DNA of 64,000 bases from Chrysomallon squamiferum (taxonomy: Eukaryota; Animalia; Mollusca), in assembly GCA_012295275.1 (NCBI GenBank), contig CM022671.1:19902001-19966000 (forward strand), given 5' to 3'. Shown piece by piece: positions 42,437-57,910 of the stretch. Every line of letters starts with the position of its first letter. The first letter of the stretch is position 1. The translations under genes were made by a program, and so were the position numbers. The notes below the pieces were generated by a model, which was not told the origin of the DNA, did no database searches, and saw only the letters and a list, made by a program, of their open reading frames with translations.

Positions 42437-45400
42437 TTATGGGTAGTCTGTCTTCCAAAATATTAATATTTTATTATCTCAGTGAACATCCATCTTTACT
42501 TCCAGGCAAGTTTGCAAGAGAAAGTTGCCAGTCTTCAAGAAAGCCTTCAGACTCAGACATCAGAAAGTAATCAGAAACAAGAGGCACTTCATAAACAACT
42601 TCAGGAACTCAAAGGTCAGTTGCAGGCTGCATTGGACAAGGAGCAGAAACTTCAGAACTCTCTAGAGGAGAAGTCAGAAAAATTAAACACTCTAATGCAA
42701 AAGAACCAGCAGCTTGAAGCAGATCTAACCACCAAGGTGAGTTTTATGTAAAGCAGTCTCAATTATTTTGTAATCACATAAATAATTATTTTTAATAATT
42801 AAATATTTTTCTGACAACATCACAATTAACCTACAAAACTATTTGGTCCACAGTGAGCCAAATCATGTGTGCTAACAGAAATGTATACTTTTATTATTGT
42901 TTTTATATTCATTGCAAAAAAATGATGAAAATCATGGAATCAAACTTTCAGAATACTTTTATAATCTTTTTTTGTTTTTGTTTTAACAATTATAAAATTT
43001 AAATATATATAATCTGAATTTTACTACAAAATGTAGAATAATTGATACAGTTATCATCCATCTTATTAATTTAGATATTTCAAACAATAACAGTGTTTTT
43101 TTGTTTTTTTTTAATCTCTGCAGAATGAGTTACTTCTTGCAGCTGAAGCAGCTAAAACAAGCCAGAGAGTGGATTTAGAAAACCACATTAAGACACATGA
43201 AAACTTTGCAGCAGAAAAAAATGCTGAGCTTGCTAAAGTCAGACAGCAGTTGGAACAGGTATCTGTTTTAGGACTAACTGCTGGTTTAAAGAAGATTGTA
43301 TTTATGAAATTCAGTAGCATTATGTGTAATTTATTATTTATAAAGATTATGTCCTTATAGCTGGAGTATTTTTTGTTTGCTATACTGAATTATTCTGAAT
43401 AAATACATTTTAAATTTTTATTTTTATTTATAATAAGAATGTAGTAAATAATTGTTTATTGACTGTCTCCAAAGGATAAGGATTGATCTTTTATTTAATT
43501 TTAGAATTTTTATAATAATTAGATTTTTTTAATTAGTAATTAGAAAAGGTTCAGATTTACAAATATGTTTATTGACTGTGTTCAAATGATAAATATTATT
43601 CAATTAATTAACTAATTCACATAATAATTCATTGATTTGAAAATAAAACAAGGACATGAATAAAAAACTTGTCATATTTTGTTCTTGGAGATTGTAATTG
43701 ATTTTGATTAACTTAATAAGAAAGATACATTTCTTTTCATCTTAAATAACAAAAAGAAAAAAGTATTATAAAACATTTATAAAGTAAGTTTTTTATTTTG
43801 TTTGGTAACAGACTCAAGCAGAGGTTTCACAGAAAAAAGATAAAATAACTGAGTTGGAAGTTTGTGTGAAGGAGCATGGTGAAAAGTTTACACAGTTGCA
43901 ATTGCAATGTAATACACTCGAACGAGAACTTATTGAAAAGGTAGGTCATGGAATTACTTTTAGTAATTGAATAGCCTCTCAGTTACAAAAAGTATACTTG
44001 TGGTTATACAAAGCAGCTGACTGAAATAAATATTGTAAACTTCAGTGTAATTTAAAAAATTAATTATTAAAACCAACCTTTACTAATAATAAATGAGCAA
44101 TGCCTGTTTCAGTGGAATAATGTTTGCTCAAAATGTTGTGATTGATTCCTCATACTCAATCCATTGGTTTAATTCCCATTCCAGCCTGTGCTGATAGCTG
44201 CTATTACAAAGGTTTGTGGCATGGACTATCTTCTCTGTGGGATTATGCTTATGAAAGATATCATGATGCAGTTAGTTGTAAAAATTGATTTCAGAATTTT
44301 TTTTATTTTATTCTTTTTTAAACCTATATGTAGCCAAAGCCTGGTTATACTGAAAATATTCTGTTTAATAATTAATTTTCTTTTTCACAGAAAGTGGCTG
44401 TTAAAGAGCTGGATGCTGAAAAGAAGGAAACAGAGAAAAACTTGACAGTTGCTCAGAAATCTCTGAATGAAACAAAAGCAGAACTGGTTAAAATGGAACA
44501 AAATTTAGAAAATGTGAGTTATTCACATTTAATTTTATGTTGTATTTTTTTCAGTTTTTATTTAAATAATTATTGACATGTTATACTTTCTCAGCTTCAA
44601 AGAATAATAATTCTAATTATTAAACATTAATCTTATGTTATAGCCATTAAGAAGATCTATGGCCAAAATATTTTTATTTAATTTTTTATGTTACAGAATT
44701 AAAATGATGGAAATATTCCCTTTTTGTGACTCTAAATAACTATTATTTATTTTTTTATGACAAATGATTACTTTCATTTTTGTTTTTTTAATCATTATAG
44801 TAACCTGTTTTGTGAACATCTCCAATCCAAACCAATATATATACATATATATCATTCAAATAGCTGGGGTTCATCATGGATGTTTTGTGTTTCTACAAAA
44901 TAATAGAAAGAAATTAATCTTTATTTACATCCTTCAGAATTTGTTTTAAATTTCTGTCATTTTGTTATTTTTGTTTTTCTAAATATATATATTCCATATT
45001 TGGAATCTCTAGCACAAACAGTTTTTGTGCAATTTCTTCCCTAAAATGTTAGGATATTACAAAAAACAATATTTGATAAAAAAAAAAAAAAAAAATGAAT
45101 GCAGTTTTATAGACCATATTTCTACTTATTATGGCTATAAGATATAAAATGTTATCTCTGGATACTTTCTTTTTGCAAAAACCTAAATGGTCATGTAAAA
45201 ACTAAAAAAATATTTTTTTTTTTTCATTTTTCACCTAGCCTGTCCTTTAATTTTTTAAAATTTTTAAAAAAAAAAAAAAAAAATTCTTATGACCATTTTT
45301 ACACTGAATGTTTTATTACTTTTTTTTTTTTTTTTAAATTTATTTTCATGTTTATCATTAAAATATGTAATCTGTTTTACAGTATTCAACAAGTACAAAA

Positions 45401-46633
45401 AATTTCCCTTCAGCAACTAAAGTAAAGATTTTAATATAAAATTTTTGATTTTTCACAGGCCACTAAATCACATTCCAGTGAGGTAAATTCCTTAAAAGAA
45501 TCAGTTTCACAGCTTAATTCTGAAAAACAGAAAATGCAAGAGAAAATAGAACAGCAGGTATATTTATAATTTTTTAATAAGTTAATTGCTAGATATATTA
45601 AAATGAAGCTTTATTGTTGTCTATGTGTGTATGTGAGGACATAAACATACAAATAACCTAATATATTTTGTATACTTCATTTAGTATTATTCATTTATTA
45701 CTAAAAATAAAGATTAACAACTTTCCTAATATTAGATTGACAACTTTAATATTTTCACACATGTTTGCAAAAATACAAATATTAAGTGTTGGTAAACAAA
45801 TATTTATTTACTAAATTTTAGCATGCACAGTTGGGAGAGAAAGATGGCTTGTTAAAAAGTTCAGGTTCACAGCTTGAAGAGATGAAGAAGGAGTTAGAAA
45901 CCACTAGAAACAGACTAGCAGATGTTGAAAAGAGTTTGAGAAAGTTAGTCAGTTTAACAAATTATAATGTTTTACACAAGTAGTTATCAAAAACGTTTTC
46001 ATTACTCTTCAGTCATTCCATAGTGTGTAAAGAATTTTAATATACAATGTATTTTGAAAGACAGGAGGAATGCATATTAATTGTCTTTATTGCTTCCTCA
46101 AGTTATTTCAAAAACATTTGGAACCCTTTTTTAAACAAATTATATTCAAGGAATAGTGTACAAGAATGTTCACAGTAAGGGAGAAAAATAATATTTAAAT
46201 AAAATAAAGAAATAAAATATTTTTTATCTTAAATTAAAAAAACAAAACAAAAAATTAAATGAAATATTAATCATTTTAAAAGATAATTATTTTTGATTGA
46301 GGATTATTGGTAATTATCTTTTCCATTTCAGACTAAAGAAAGTCATTGCAATGAAGTATCAACGTTAAAAAGCTTGTTGGAAAATGAGAAAGTAGAAAAT
46401 AACAAAAATAAAGAAAATTTGAAACAGCAGGTAATCTAATTTTTGTTCCACTCTAGTTTATTTATATAAGTCTAATTTCCCAAACAAAATAGAATTATAG
46501 TATTTTTGTAAATTCAATAATTAATTAATCAAAATGCTATCTTTATATTATGACTTTAATGTAATTCATCCTTTTCTTTGTTCAGTACCTACAGAATGCA
46601 TCTGAAACATTATCTTAATTTATAGATTTTATA

Positions 46634-46664
<31 letters not shown>

Positions 46665-49600
46665 CATGCTATAGCTTTTTATCATTAAAATTTTTTTTTT
46701 TTACTGACAGGAATAGTAAATCTGCCAGGGTAGACATTGAATCAGTTGAATCATATGACTCACCATTCTCAATCCAGCTCGGTAACCTCTGTGTTATACC
46801 TACTTTTTTTTTTTTTTTTTTTCCAATCGTTTCTTTCATTCAGATGGCAGTACTGACTGAAGAAAAGAACAAATTGCTAGAAAATAAGATAGTTGTTGAG
46901 ACAGAACTGGCTGAATACCTTGGAAAGTTGCAGACACGAGAACAGGAAATGAATGATTTGAAGAAGAGTTCAAAAGAAGAGAAGGTAATTCAAATCTAAT
47001 GAATAATTGTTTGTATTAATTACATGGCACACACATAGGATTTGATATAATAATGATAGAAGAGAGAAGAAATGTTTAACCCATTTTGTATGAAAGGATT
47101 TCATAAATATGGTCTATAACATTTTATGGAACTATAGCTAAAATATTTGTTTATTAATAAAATTATTTTTATTTTAGTCAAAACATGAAAGTGAAGTAAA
47201 TAAACTGCAGTCAGAATTTAAGTCAAAGGAAGATGAATGGAAACAGAAACTAACAACAATAGAAGAGGAACTTAAAAAAAGTCAGGTACTCAAACATCTT
47301 AACTGCATTTCTACAATAACAATTGATATATAAAGAAATGAGAAAAGAATTAACCACATTAAATATTTATTTCTTATAGTGAATACTATTATTTTATTTT
47401 TATTTTCAGGATACTGAGAAAGCTAAGGAAGAAATAATTTCAGAATTAACAGAACAGGTAAAAATCCATTATTTTCAAACAAATTAAACATTTTTTATTA
47501 TTATTTTTTTTTTTTTTTTACAAATGTTATTTATATAAGAGCAAATAATATGTATTATGCTAGAGCAAGCCTGTAGTATGTTAAACATTTCTTTTAAAAA
47601 TCCTTCATATTTTTTTCAATTCAGAAATGTTTGATATCCTAACCAGGAATATACGTGAGCTGTTTGATAAATCAAATTCAAATTAAAAAACCAGGGTTGA
47701 TGAAAAAAGAAAGCAGTAGTTAAAACAATATAAATATTAATTATGATACTATTACATAAAACTGATACATGAATATACTTAAGTTTGAACAGTTTTTATA
47801 CTAAATGTATTTTATGCATTACAACAGAAGTCTAGCTTGGAGAATAAAATACAGGGACTAGAACAAAGAAGAGAAGAATTAGAGAAACGTACTACAGAAT
47901 TACAAGAGCAGTTAACACTTCAGGTAAACTATTGAGAGAGATACAGAGACCAAAAGAGAACAAGAGTGAGTGAGTGAGTGAGTGTAAAATCTCAATGCAG
48001 GTCTTTATAATTTTTTCCACAAACTGATATGATTTTTATTTAAGATTTGTGTTTGGTGATCTCAAATGTTTAATACACTGATATTAATTTACAGACTGGT
48101 GAAAAGACAAAACTGGAAGAGAAACTACACCAATCTATTGAAGAAAAGAATAAAGAAAATAGCAATTTACAAAATGAAGTTCAGGTGAGTCATACATTTG
48201 TAGTTGAAGTTTATCCTGTGGAAAAATATTATTTATGAATAATTTCCACAGAATGGTAAATCATTTCATGTGAGTTTTTTCATTTCTTTAATTTTTTGAA
48301 TGTTTTTAAAAAACATTTGTATGCAGTGAAGTGTATAGCTTAAACATCTCTTATACATGGTTCTAAACAACATGACAGTGAGAATCTGGAGTTCATCCAA
48401 TCATTTTAATTTTTAACTGTCCAATTAATTCATTATTTATTTTTGTATGACTGCAGAGTTTGAACAACAAAATTGGCACATTAGAAGAAGAATTGAAAAA
48501 CACAAAATCTACACTGGAAAAACTAGAAGAAACACTTTCTCAGAAATCAGAAGAAATTAAGAAATCTTGTGAGAGAGAAGAAGAACTGAACAGTTCATTT
48601 GAAGAGCTCTCAGAGGTCAGGAAAAGGCTTTAAAAAAAATCTTTATACAGTTTTAGACACTCCCAGAAATATTTTCATTTTTCAGTTACTGTTTATGTCA
48701 ACAAATGTTTGTGTTTCTGTCTGTGTATGTTATGTTTTCAAGTAATTAAGCAGAATTCAGATATAACCACAGAAGTACACAGGATGGATAAAGTATCTCT
48801 ATAAAATATTTATTTGTATAGACCAGTTATATTGTTGGCAAAGCAGGCCACAAACAACAATTCCTAATCAACAGTATAGATGAGGACGTTATCTGTGCAG
48901 TTGTTCTCATTGATAGTTTTATAAGTTGTTACACCCATTGCCAATAAAACAACTCAAAAAGAATCTCTGCACACAAAAAAATAAATAAATAAAAAATAAA
49001 ATAATAACAACAAAAACAACAACAACAACAACAGTAATAATAGTGAAACAAATAAAACAAACAGATAAAAGAACAATAATAAAAGAAACAAACAAACAGA
49101 AAAAGAGAAGAAAAAGAACAGGAAAAGAGATTTGTATAATATGCCAAATCCAAAGTGTAAAATACAATACAAAATCTTTGAAAGTCTTTATATGACTGCT
49201 ACTGTGCTGTATTATTATTATAGTCTTAATACTCTTATGGTCTTTTTTTTTTTATTATTATTATTATTATTTTTTAATCCTATTCAGATAAGGAATGCAA
49301 TGAACATACAGATGTTGAAGTTGGACTCTGATCTGAAGGAAGTTACCTCATCAAGAGATGAGTTAAAGAAACAAAATGTATGTATTAGTATGTTGTCATA
49401 AATGTTTGTACATTTAACATGCTTATCACAAAACCAAATATTCCAATAGATTTACTTCTTACTAATCTTCATTTTGACAAAAATTCTGTTGTTATTAAGT
49501 TAGCCATTTCTGATATTGAGCAGAGACAAATTGTTACATTTAAATGTCCAACAGAAACTAATGAGTTTTAAAAAAATATTCCTGATTTTGCAAAGCTCTA

Positions 49601-52600
49601 ATAATTAACTGTATTTATCAAACTGGCACAACAGATCAGTAAGGTGTGTCAGTAATTTATAATTAGGACCTGCAAGGTTTGACTAAAATGTCACTTACTA
49701 TGGTAAAGAGCCCAGTTACATTTTTTATTCTTATTTTCATTTTTTTTTTTTTTTTTGCTAGATCAACCTTTCCTACTAATAAAGTATGATAACATAATGA
49801 CAAACCAGAGAATATGCATAGAGACTAACCATTTTCATGTCATATTACAATGTCAGTTTGAAAGTTAACAAATTATTTTTAAAAATGAAAAAGAACAGTT
49901 TGCTGTATAATGTTTGTCTCTTACAGAATTTTCTGCCATATTTTTCAGGAATCTTATGAAGCAGAGCTTGAAGAGTTGAAAAAACTGCACAGTGAGGCAA
50001 AACAGGCTAACGAATCATTTGAGAAAGACAGAGAACATTACAAGAATGCACTTGAGTCTGAAAAAATGAAACGACAACAGGTACAGAATAGAAATACATT
50101 TTTTGAAATAAATAAAAATAGCATTGGCATTTCTAAATCCTTAAATTTAAAGTTATGTGTATGTTTATTAAAATAAAATGGAAAAGAAAAGGATCAGCAT
50201 TGTACATATTGTGTGTGTGCATGTGCATGTGTATGTGTGTGTGTGTTATATAAAATATATGTTGTTAAGATAATAAAGTAAAATAATAATATACCTAACA
50301 ACATAAATATTGTCTTAAATTTTTGAGTGATTTTTGCTTACTGTTAGAGAATAATTAGGGTGTAATATTATTGTTTGATATTTTTACAGGAAGTGTCCAG
50401 TTTAGAGGAAGCTAAACAGATTTTAATTACACAGAAGTTGGAACTTCAAAGCAAACTGGATGGATTTGATGCCCAGTTGAAACAAGTAAAAAGGAATAAC
50501 TTCCCACTGGCTTTTTGCTGGTTTTATGAATTTTATGCTTTTTAGTTGCTTTAATGACATCAATGATATTATTAAATTATTATCAGTCATTCATATATGA
50601 AATGCTTGTAAAAGAAAATGTCATTAAATTTGGGAAATATGGATAAATGTTTTTATACAAAATACAGTAGGTCATTTATATATATATACACAAATTGTGA
50701 TTACAGATGAAATCATCAGTTAAAACAATTTCAAATATTTTATGTGTGAATGAATACAACCTTTGAAACTAATAACAGAAGAAATAACAAATTATATTGA
50801 TGTTTTGGGAATAATAAATTGATATTTCAGGATAAATGTAAAATATATCATAAACTGTTTCAATGTTTCAGGAAAGAGATGAGAAAGAGAAAATAAAAGA
50901 AGATGCTGCCAACATTCAACAGCTTTTAAGAGAAGAAAACAGCAACTTGCAAAACAAACTGGTATGGAATTATCTGTTTTCCTTTTTTCTTTGAGGTATT
51001 TTCAGACATGGAAATGGGTTTTTATGATAATTAAATAAAATATATTGAACAACATATTATTATTGGATGGAAGTTTGACATACTGAGACATGCATATATT
51101 CATGTGCACATCTGAAAATGCTTATCTGCATGGACACATGCTCACACTCCAACACATGCACATTCAAAACAGAAACACTCTCACACATGTACACATAAAA
51201 ACAAAATATACATATTACTTCAAGCCAATATTAGTAAAAAGTTGGATATACATATTTTGATTTTAAAAGGCTTTGGAACAAAAGGACAGAGAAGAACTTC
51301 AGAAAGTGAAGGAAGAGAATGAAGCTAAGTTTGAGTTGGAGCAGTCGATATTGAACGAGAACCTGACAGCTGTACGTGGAGATCTCACTGTGACCACTCA
51401 GAAAGTGGAAGATCTCAGTAGAATTAATGATGAACTTCGTGGACAGAAACTAGGTATGTATGTCACAATTACCTTCACCAACATTCTTTAAACTTTACTT
51501 TAATTGTTAATAAATAATTACATTCACCAGTTGCCAGCATTCCTACAGCAGTTACTTGAATTGTTAACAGATAATTAACTTTACCAGCATCCATAATTTT
51601 TACAACTGATTCTTAATAGGCTTTGAATATGTTCATCTAATGCATTTGGTTTACTTGTGTATCACATCTAAATTTTGTTTTGATTTGAAAAACAGGTTTC
51701 ATTTTAAATATCAGTGGAAATACGTACTATTTTATACACATTTAAAATCAGCTCAGCTCTTTGACAGCAAGGAAGACCTGTCAGTGAAACAAAAATATTA
51801 ATTTGATTTTTGTTAGTACAAACGTTAATTAAGAAAATTGTGTAGCAAATAAAATTACACCAAAGCAAATTATCTTGTTATATTATTTGCATTCAATACT
51901 TATTATAAGCTATGTATATAATTTTATGATGAAAATTTTGGATTGGGATCATTTATGAGATATTAAAGAATATAATTTTTATTTTAGAATTAGAAGCTAA
52001 GTTGCAGAACAACAGTGAAGAAAGAAGAATGCTAGTAGAAAGGTGAATGTTGCAATATGTTAAAATACATACACACATATAACATATATATAATATATCC
52101 AAATACATTTATATTTATTATGTAAACCAACCTGATACATTAGAAATTGTAACTCCTTATATTTTAATTACATTATTGCAGTCACACTACAAACATAACA
52201 TGCAATATATAACTACGAATAAATAGAAATAAATTATGTTAATTTAACAATTTTACATTGAATTGTCAAAGAAAGTTGGGTTGTTTATCTTTGATTGGGT
52301 AGTTATTTCAGAAGCATTTTGTGTTTCAGGTGTTTGACAAGTGAAACAGAGTGTGAAAAGCTGAGAGAAAAACTTACTGAACATCGACGTAAACTTGACG
52401 ATTCTCAGGCTGCACTACAGGAACTGGGCAGAGAGAACCAGTCATTACAAGTACGTTTGTTATCTCAACTCTTGAAAATTGTTTAAATTATCTTTCTGAA
52501 TGTAATTAATATATTTCTAAAATGTACTCGCTTTCATGGCCAGTTTTAGAAAAAAACTAATGTGTATTTTATAAGTTTATTAAATAATATATATATATTT

Positions 52601-53599
52601 CTTAAAATTGTTCTGACAAAAAAACTAAATTTTTTGGACAATTTCAGAGAAACCAAATGTTTATTTTATCAGTTTTAAGTTATCTTTCAGATCTTTCTTA
52701 AAATCATTCTAATAAACAACTTTGGGTTGTGAATTTTAGAGAAAACTAATTTACAAACTTTCAGAACATCTAATGAAACACATTGCTTAATTTGAGAAAT
52801 AAACAAATAAATATTTTACAAGTTTTTATATAAATAATAATACATATTATATTTAATTAACATCATTGTCTTTTTAATATTAATATTTTTTAACTTTGGA
52901 GAGAAATCTTAATATATGGTAATAATATTTAACCAACATTAAAGACATTTTCGGTTATCTTGGTGTACACTGGTTGTAGGTAATCTCAATTATTGCAGTA
53001 GTATAATGAAATAAATGAAATAGATACTTATAAACAGTTGCTTGTAATATTTGTATGTGTACAAAGTTTAAATCGTCTGTTTATTTCAGATTGTGACAAC
53101 GAAGGTCTCAAGTAGAAAGTGGACAGATGACAGTGATGTTTTGGAGTGTATGAGTTGTGCTAAGGTGTTCAGTATTACTGTGAGAAAGGTAACATATTAA
53201 ATAATTTACATTCATATGGTATTTCTCTGGATTACTATCAGAATTTATTGCAGAAGTGTACAGTATTTTTATTTTGAAAAATCCATGAATGTATTAAAGA
53301 AAAAAAAATATATTTCTTAATGCCTGTTTCAAGACTCTTTTATGTTTGGTATTTATTTATTATTTTATTTTTTTTCCCTTTATTTGAATTAATTTTTCCC
53401 ATTATTTTTTTTAATTTATTTTTTAAATTCAATTCAGTATTCTCATTTATTATTAATTTTTTTTTTTCAGCACCACTGTCGAAACTGTGGAAACATATTT
53501 TGCAATGAATGTTCTTCAAGGCAAGCCACAGTGGCTGCCTCTAAAAAGCCTCAGAGAGTGTGTGAAGCTTGTTATGCAGAAATAATGAAGAAGAGGTGA
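30203..53599 (+). CDS. EEA1: Early endosome antigen 1 (about 1572 aa)
   Basis: 42 exons: 30203-30244, 30988-31086, 31622-31738, 32493-32602, 33266-33369, 33787-33893, 34409-34495, 34921-34979, 37072-37212, 37571-37639, 37934-38039, 38495-38662, 39258-39425, 39636-39773, 40034-40201, 40775-40912, 41153-41239, 41568-41650, 41892-41985, 42186-42239, 42506-42736, 43124-43258, 43812-43940, 44391-44513, 45459-45557, 45822-45947, 46332-46430, 46844-46984, 47178-47285, 47410-47457, 47828-47923, 48095-48184, 48457-48615, 49288-49377, 49949-50080, 50390-50485, 50872-50961, 51270-51453, 51988-52042, 52330-52450, 53090-53188, 53471-53599; total 4719 nt in one open frame. N-terminal GFLCPIC C2H2 fingers, EEA1-like segments (RPGAEDVLVLKQELISVQTLMDKMTLERE, AKIEAGEG, AALQELGRENQSLQI), long coiled coil, and a C-terminal FYVE domain (WTDD...C..C...F..TVRKHHCRNCGNIFC..C...RVCEAC). 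Confidence 0.95.
44100..44270 (+). mobile_element. Degenerate SINE-like fragment in an EEA1 intron
   Basis: Locally GC-richer stretch (ccattccagcctgtgc...caaaggtttgtggcatggactatcttctctgtgggattatgcttatgaaagat) resembling, from memory, an abundant gastropod SINE core. Not verified. Confidence 0.3.
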
Positions 53600-54764
53600 C
53601 CAAAGCGATCTCTGTAATAAAAACCCCACAGGCCTTTCAGCTTTTTATTCTTTTTGTTGTGTTGTAAACTTATTATTTCATGGGGGAAAAAAAAAGAAGA
53701 ATTTTATTTTCATTTAGTTGAATTATTCATAGTAACACACAAATAACATTTACTAAAATCAGAGGTAACAGAATTGTGTTAAATAAAGAGGATGGTTTTA
53801 AATATAGCCAATAACAGCTGTGTAAATGTGTTTATTTCAAGTTAGTAGAAACAGAGTTAATAGTGTAGAAACTAACTGTTGTCCAATATACACATTTACA
53901 TTTTTTGTCATGAAACTAATAAATAGGATAGGTCTATGAATCTTTAAAGTAATGTTCAATGAGAATAGTTAAAAAGTAGTTACTAAAAATGGTACCTTCT
54001 CTCATTGGAATCTGAACTTTAACAATGATTAATAAAAAATATATAACTTTGTATTTTTTATGCTTTTATTACTGTGTCTTGTTACTGATGTTGTATATAA
54101 AAAATATATGATGATTGTTGATAATTTATTACTTTATGACAGTTATTTTCTTGTTATATCTGTTTTTTTAAAAATAGGTTGTTTTGTTTTCTTTCACATG
54201 TCAGTTTGACAGTAGATTGTTGTGAAGACTTGTAAAAATTGGTGATTCTTGACCAGTCTTTCAAACTTGAATCCACACTGAAAAATTGGATTTACCAGCA
54301 GGCAGTGCAGAGAGGTTTTTCATGCATAATGTAAAATATATTTAATTTCTTCAATATTTTCTTATATAACTTAGACTTAATGAATATTTAACTTAAAAGC
54401 AAAATTTTATTTGCTAACTGTTATAAAATGTAATGGTTTGGAGTGTCTGTATATAACATAGTCAAAAAATTCGGAATGTTACAATTCCTTCTTCAGTTTG
54501 CTCCATTTATATGTTTGATTTTTATTAACCCACCTTTGTACTTATCAGTCTTCCCTATTGAAAAAGTATTCAGATGCAGACAGACACTTCAAGCGAATAT
54601 ATTTTATGCCTATAATTTTGAGACACACTTTATGAGTCATCCCTAATAATAAATATTTCTAAATGATTGTCCAAATTTGAAAACGTGATTTGTAAAAGGA
54701 ATAACTTTTATTATATTTTGGTATCTTAATTTTTCTTTATTGCAACAGAATTATAGTTTTTTGT

Positions 54765-54789
54765 TATTATTATTATAATTATAATTATA

Positions 54790-54847
<58 letters not shown>
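54765..54847. repeat. (ATT)n microsatellite downstream of EEA1
   Basis: Long ATT/ATAATT run. Confidence 0.9.
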
Positions 54848-54848
<1 letters not shown>

Positions 54849-57800
54849 ACTATTAAAGGAAAAAACAAAATACCTTTTTTTCAAATTTTCTTAAATTATT
54901 AATTATTTACTTTTCCATGAATGTTTTAAAATATAAATTATGCAATGAAGTTTGCTGAAGACAACTTTTATTTCCACCATGTCTCATTGTATCAATTTTG
55001 TTCATTTTGCTAGCATTATGTTTTTTAATTATCATTTGATGAAGGACCATGTTCTCATTATTATTTGACAAACCATCTTGTATAAATAATGTTTACTGTT
55101 ATTTTAAAATGTATTTTAATGCTTAAGAAAAATAACATTTTCAAAGGAATGTCTATTGAATACTTTTTTTTATCATACATTTATTGTAATAACTGTTATT
55201 ATTATCATTATTATTTTGTTCATATCAAAAATAAAAATAAAAATATGGCAACTTACATAAGCCATTCTGAAACAGATATGTGAAAAGAGATTACCATTAT
55301 CATTTGAAATAGATGTTACATAGTTGTTATGGTAACAGTGTTGCTGGTATCACACTACACTGGATACATAATGTCAATACTGCTGTGAAAAACAAATAAA
55401 ATAATAATAATAATAATATTTAATATGTTTTTGTATGTAATTTAGTAATTTGATATATCACTATTATCATAATAATGTTGCTTTTATAGTATGATATTGG
55501 ATATGAAATGCAATTACTAATATGGAAATAATATGTAAAACAATAAGAGCATTTAAATTTAATCTATTTCTGTGTGTAATTTGATTGCTTATAGTTGATA
55601 TAGTTGAATATTGAATTCAAAATGTAAATACATGTACTAATATGGAAAAAATAAAACAGTAACAGTATTTAAATTTAATATATTTCAGTGCTTAGCTTTG
55701 ACTTTGTACTCAAAACAACTTCCATTGAGTTTACCAAAGCATTAATATATTTGTGTGTAGTATAAGCTTTTTATTTTAATTTTTATCAGGTTTCATTTTT
55801 CTTTTTTTTTTCTTTTTTATGGGAATAACAAGCAGAAGACCAGTATTGCCTTAAACAAATTAAGGACTTTTTTTTTTAAGACAAGTTTTTGCTCTGTAAT
55901 CAGATTTAGAAACAGTTTAATGTTATTGTGTGTTGTTCATAATAATTTACAAACATTTAGGAATAGTTCTAGTTGTGAAAATACTCTTTAACAAATAGTA
56001 AATATTCTAAGTTCTCATATTTAATGCCAAATAATGATATACTTTGATGCATTTTTGTGCAGGTAATACAAACGTTAATGACAATAGGCCTGAATATCTT
56101 TAAGAGATGAAAAATCAAAGATATTATTTTACTATTATTAATTTGTCCTTGTATACCAGCATTTATTTTTGTATACTTTACTATATAGAATATGCAAAAA
56201 GTATTTTGAATATTTTGTTGTTATTAAAGATTTCTGATTTCGATTAATTAAATATTAATAATTTATGGAAAATTATGAGTTTTTATCATTTTGCTGAACG
56301 TGTTTCATTTGGTTTTGGGGGGGGGTTTGTTTAGTTTTTTTTTTTTAAATTTACATATCATGTATATTTATTTATTTAATAACTTTTCAAGAAAATAATG
56401 GTAAGTATTCTGTTTATGCTAAAATTTAAAAAAAAAAAAAAAAAAAATCAATAATAATAATAATAATAATGAAATAAATAAAAATGAAACTTTGAAAAGA
56501 AATGGCTGTTTGATTTATCGAAATTACTTCCCTACATCAGGATGCTGATTGTAAGAACAATTAAGTAAAATAGATACAGTTTAAGGTAAATCCACAGTTA
56601 TATATTTATTAACATTTCTGGGTCGTTTTCAATAGACCTTCATGATTTAATATAGAAAGGGAAGATCCTAATTTTGCAGAATAACGTAATACAATCATCA
56701 GTTGTGATGAAATAAACTCTCACTTTTGTGTGTTTCTCTCCCCATCTGACTCTAACTTAAAGAAGAAAAATATATGTCATTATAGTGAAGAACTTTTATT
56801 ATTTTAATTTTAATTATGTTTAAAAAAATAATAATAATAAAATAAACAAATAATCATGAACAAGAAATTATTTTATTGTGAATAGGTTTGTTATTTAAGA
56901 TAGTGTTAGATTTTGGTACCAGCTTTCGGAAATGCTATCAACTTTAATAACTAGATTTAACCAATATTTCTTTAACCTCAGTTACTGTTTTCTCATTTTG
57001 CAGAATAATTCATTAAAATATTAATTATTTGGCTCACAACAGATTTTACATATAAATCTTTCATATTTGCATATCATTTCAATTTATTGATTAAACAGTG
57101 TATGGTAACATGTATATATAAATAATATTCAGCATGTGGTTAGATTAGTTTCACATTAATTATTAAACAATTTATGTAAGATTAATTTAGAGATAGTAGT
57201 TTTTTTCCAGAATATAAAACATACTCTTTAATTAAAGTCATAAATCTTTGAAGGATTTTGCTCCACAAATTATTCAAGTTTATATTAGCTGGGGTTTTTT
57301 ATTTTTGTCTCATTAGTAAAGAGAAACCAAGTCAGGATTTAATATAATTATAATAGCACCCACCTACCATAGGCAACAATATCGATTAACAATTTACATT
57401 TTCAGAATCTCATAAACTCAGTTTAAAATGACATGATATTCAAAACAAATCAAGCCATTATGAATTTTCTAATGGTTTCTTTTTAAATTAACATTGTAAA
57501 CAAGATTAGCAGAACCTTTTATAAATAAGTTTGTATGGATCTGTAACTTAAAACCAATATCCTGATGGATTTCTTTTGTTTAATTATTGGGATTGTAATA
57601 AGTTTGAGCACACGAATAGGTAACAATACAACCACAAACATGTATTTTTATCTGTTTTGGCATGCACAGAAGCACCAAATATTTACAATATAATCATTTA
57701 AGTAATAAAAATATGCAGTCAAACAGCCTTTCACAGCCACCTGTTTGTCATTTTCAGGTTTCCCTCTACAGTGTATTTGTTGTGTTTTCTACATGACAAT

Positions 57801-57870
57801 CACAATTGCCTTTTATCTTGAATGTCCACATGGACAAATTCAACAATAGATATGGAGAAAGTAATAAATA

Positions 57871-57910
<40 letters not shown>

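Noticed and set aside
55480-55700. Degenerate tandem duplication of about 120 bp (similar small ones at about 7960-8100 and 43450-43590)
   Set aside because: Two or three decayed AT-rich units with no spacer structure; ordinary slippage products, not CRISPR-like arrays.
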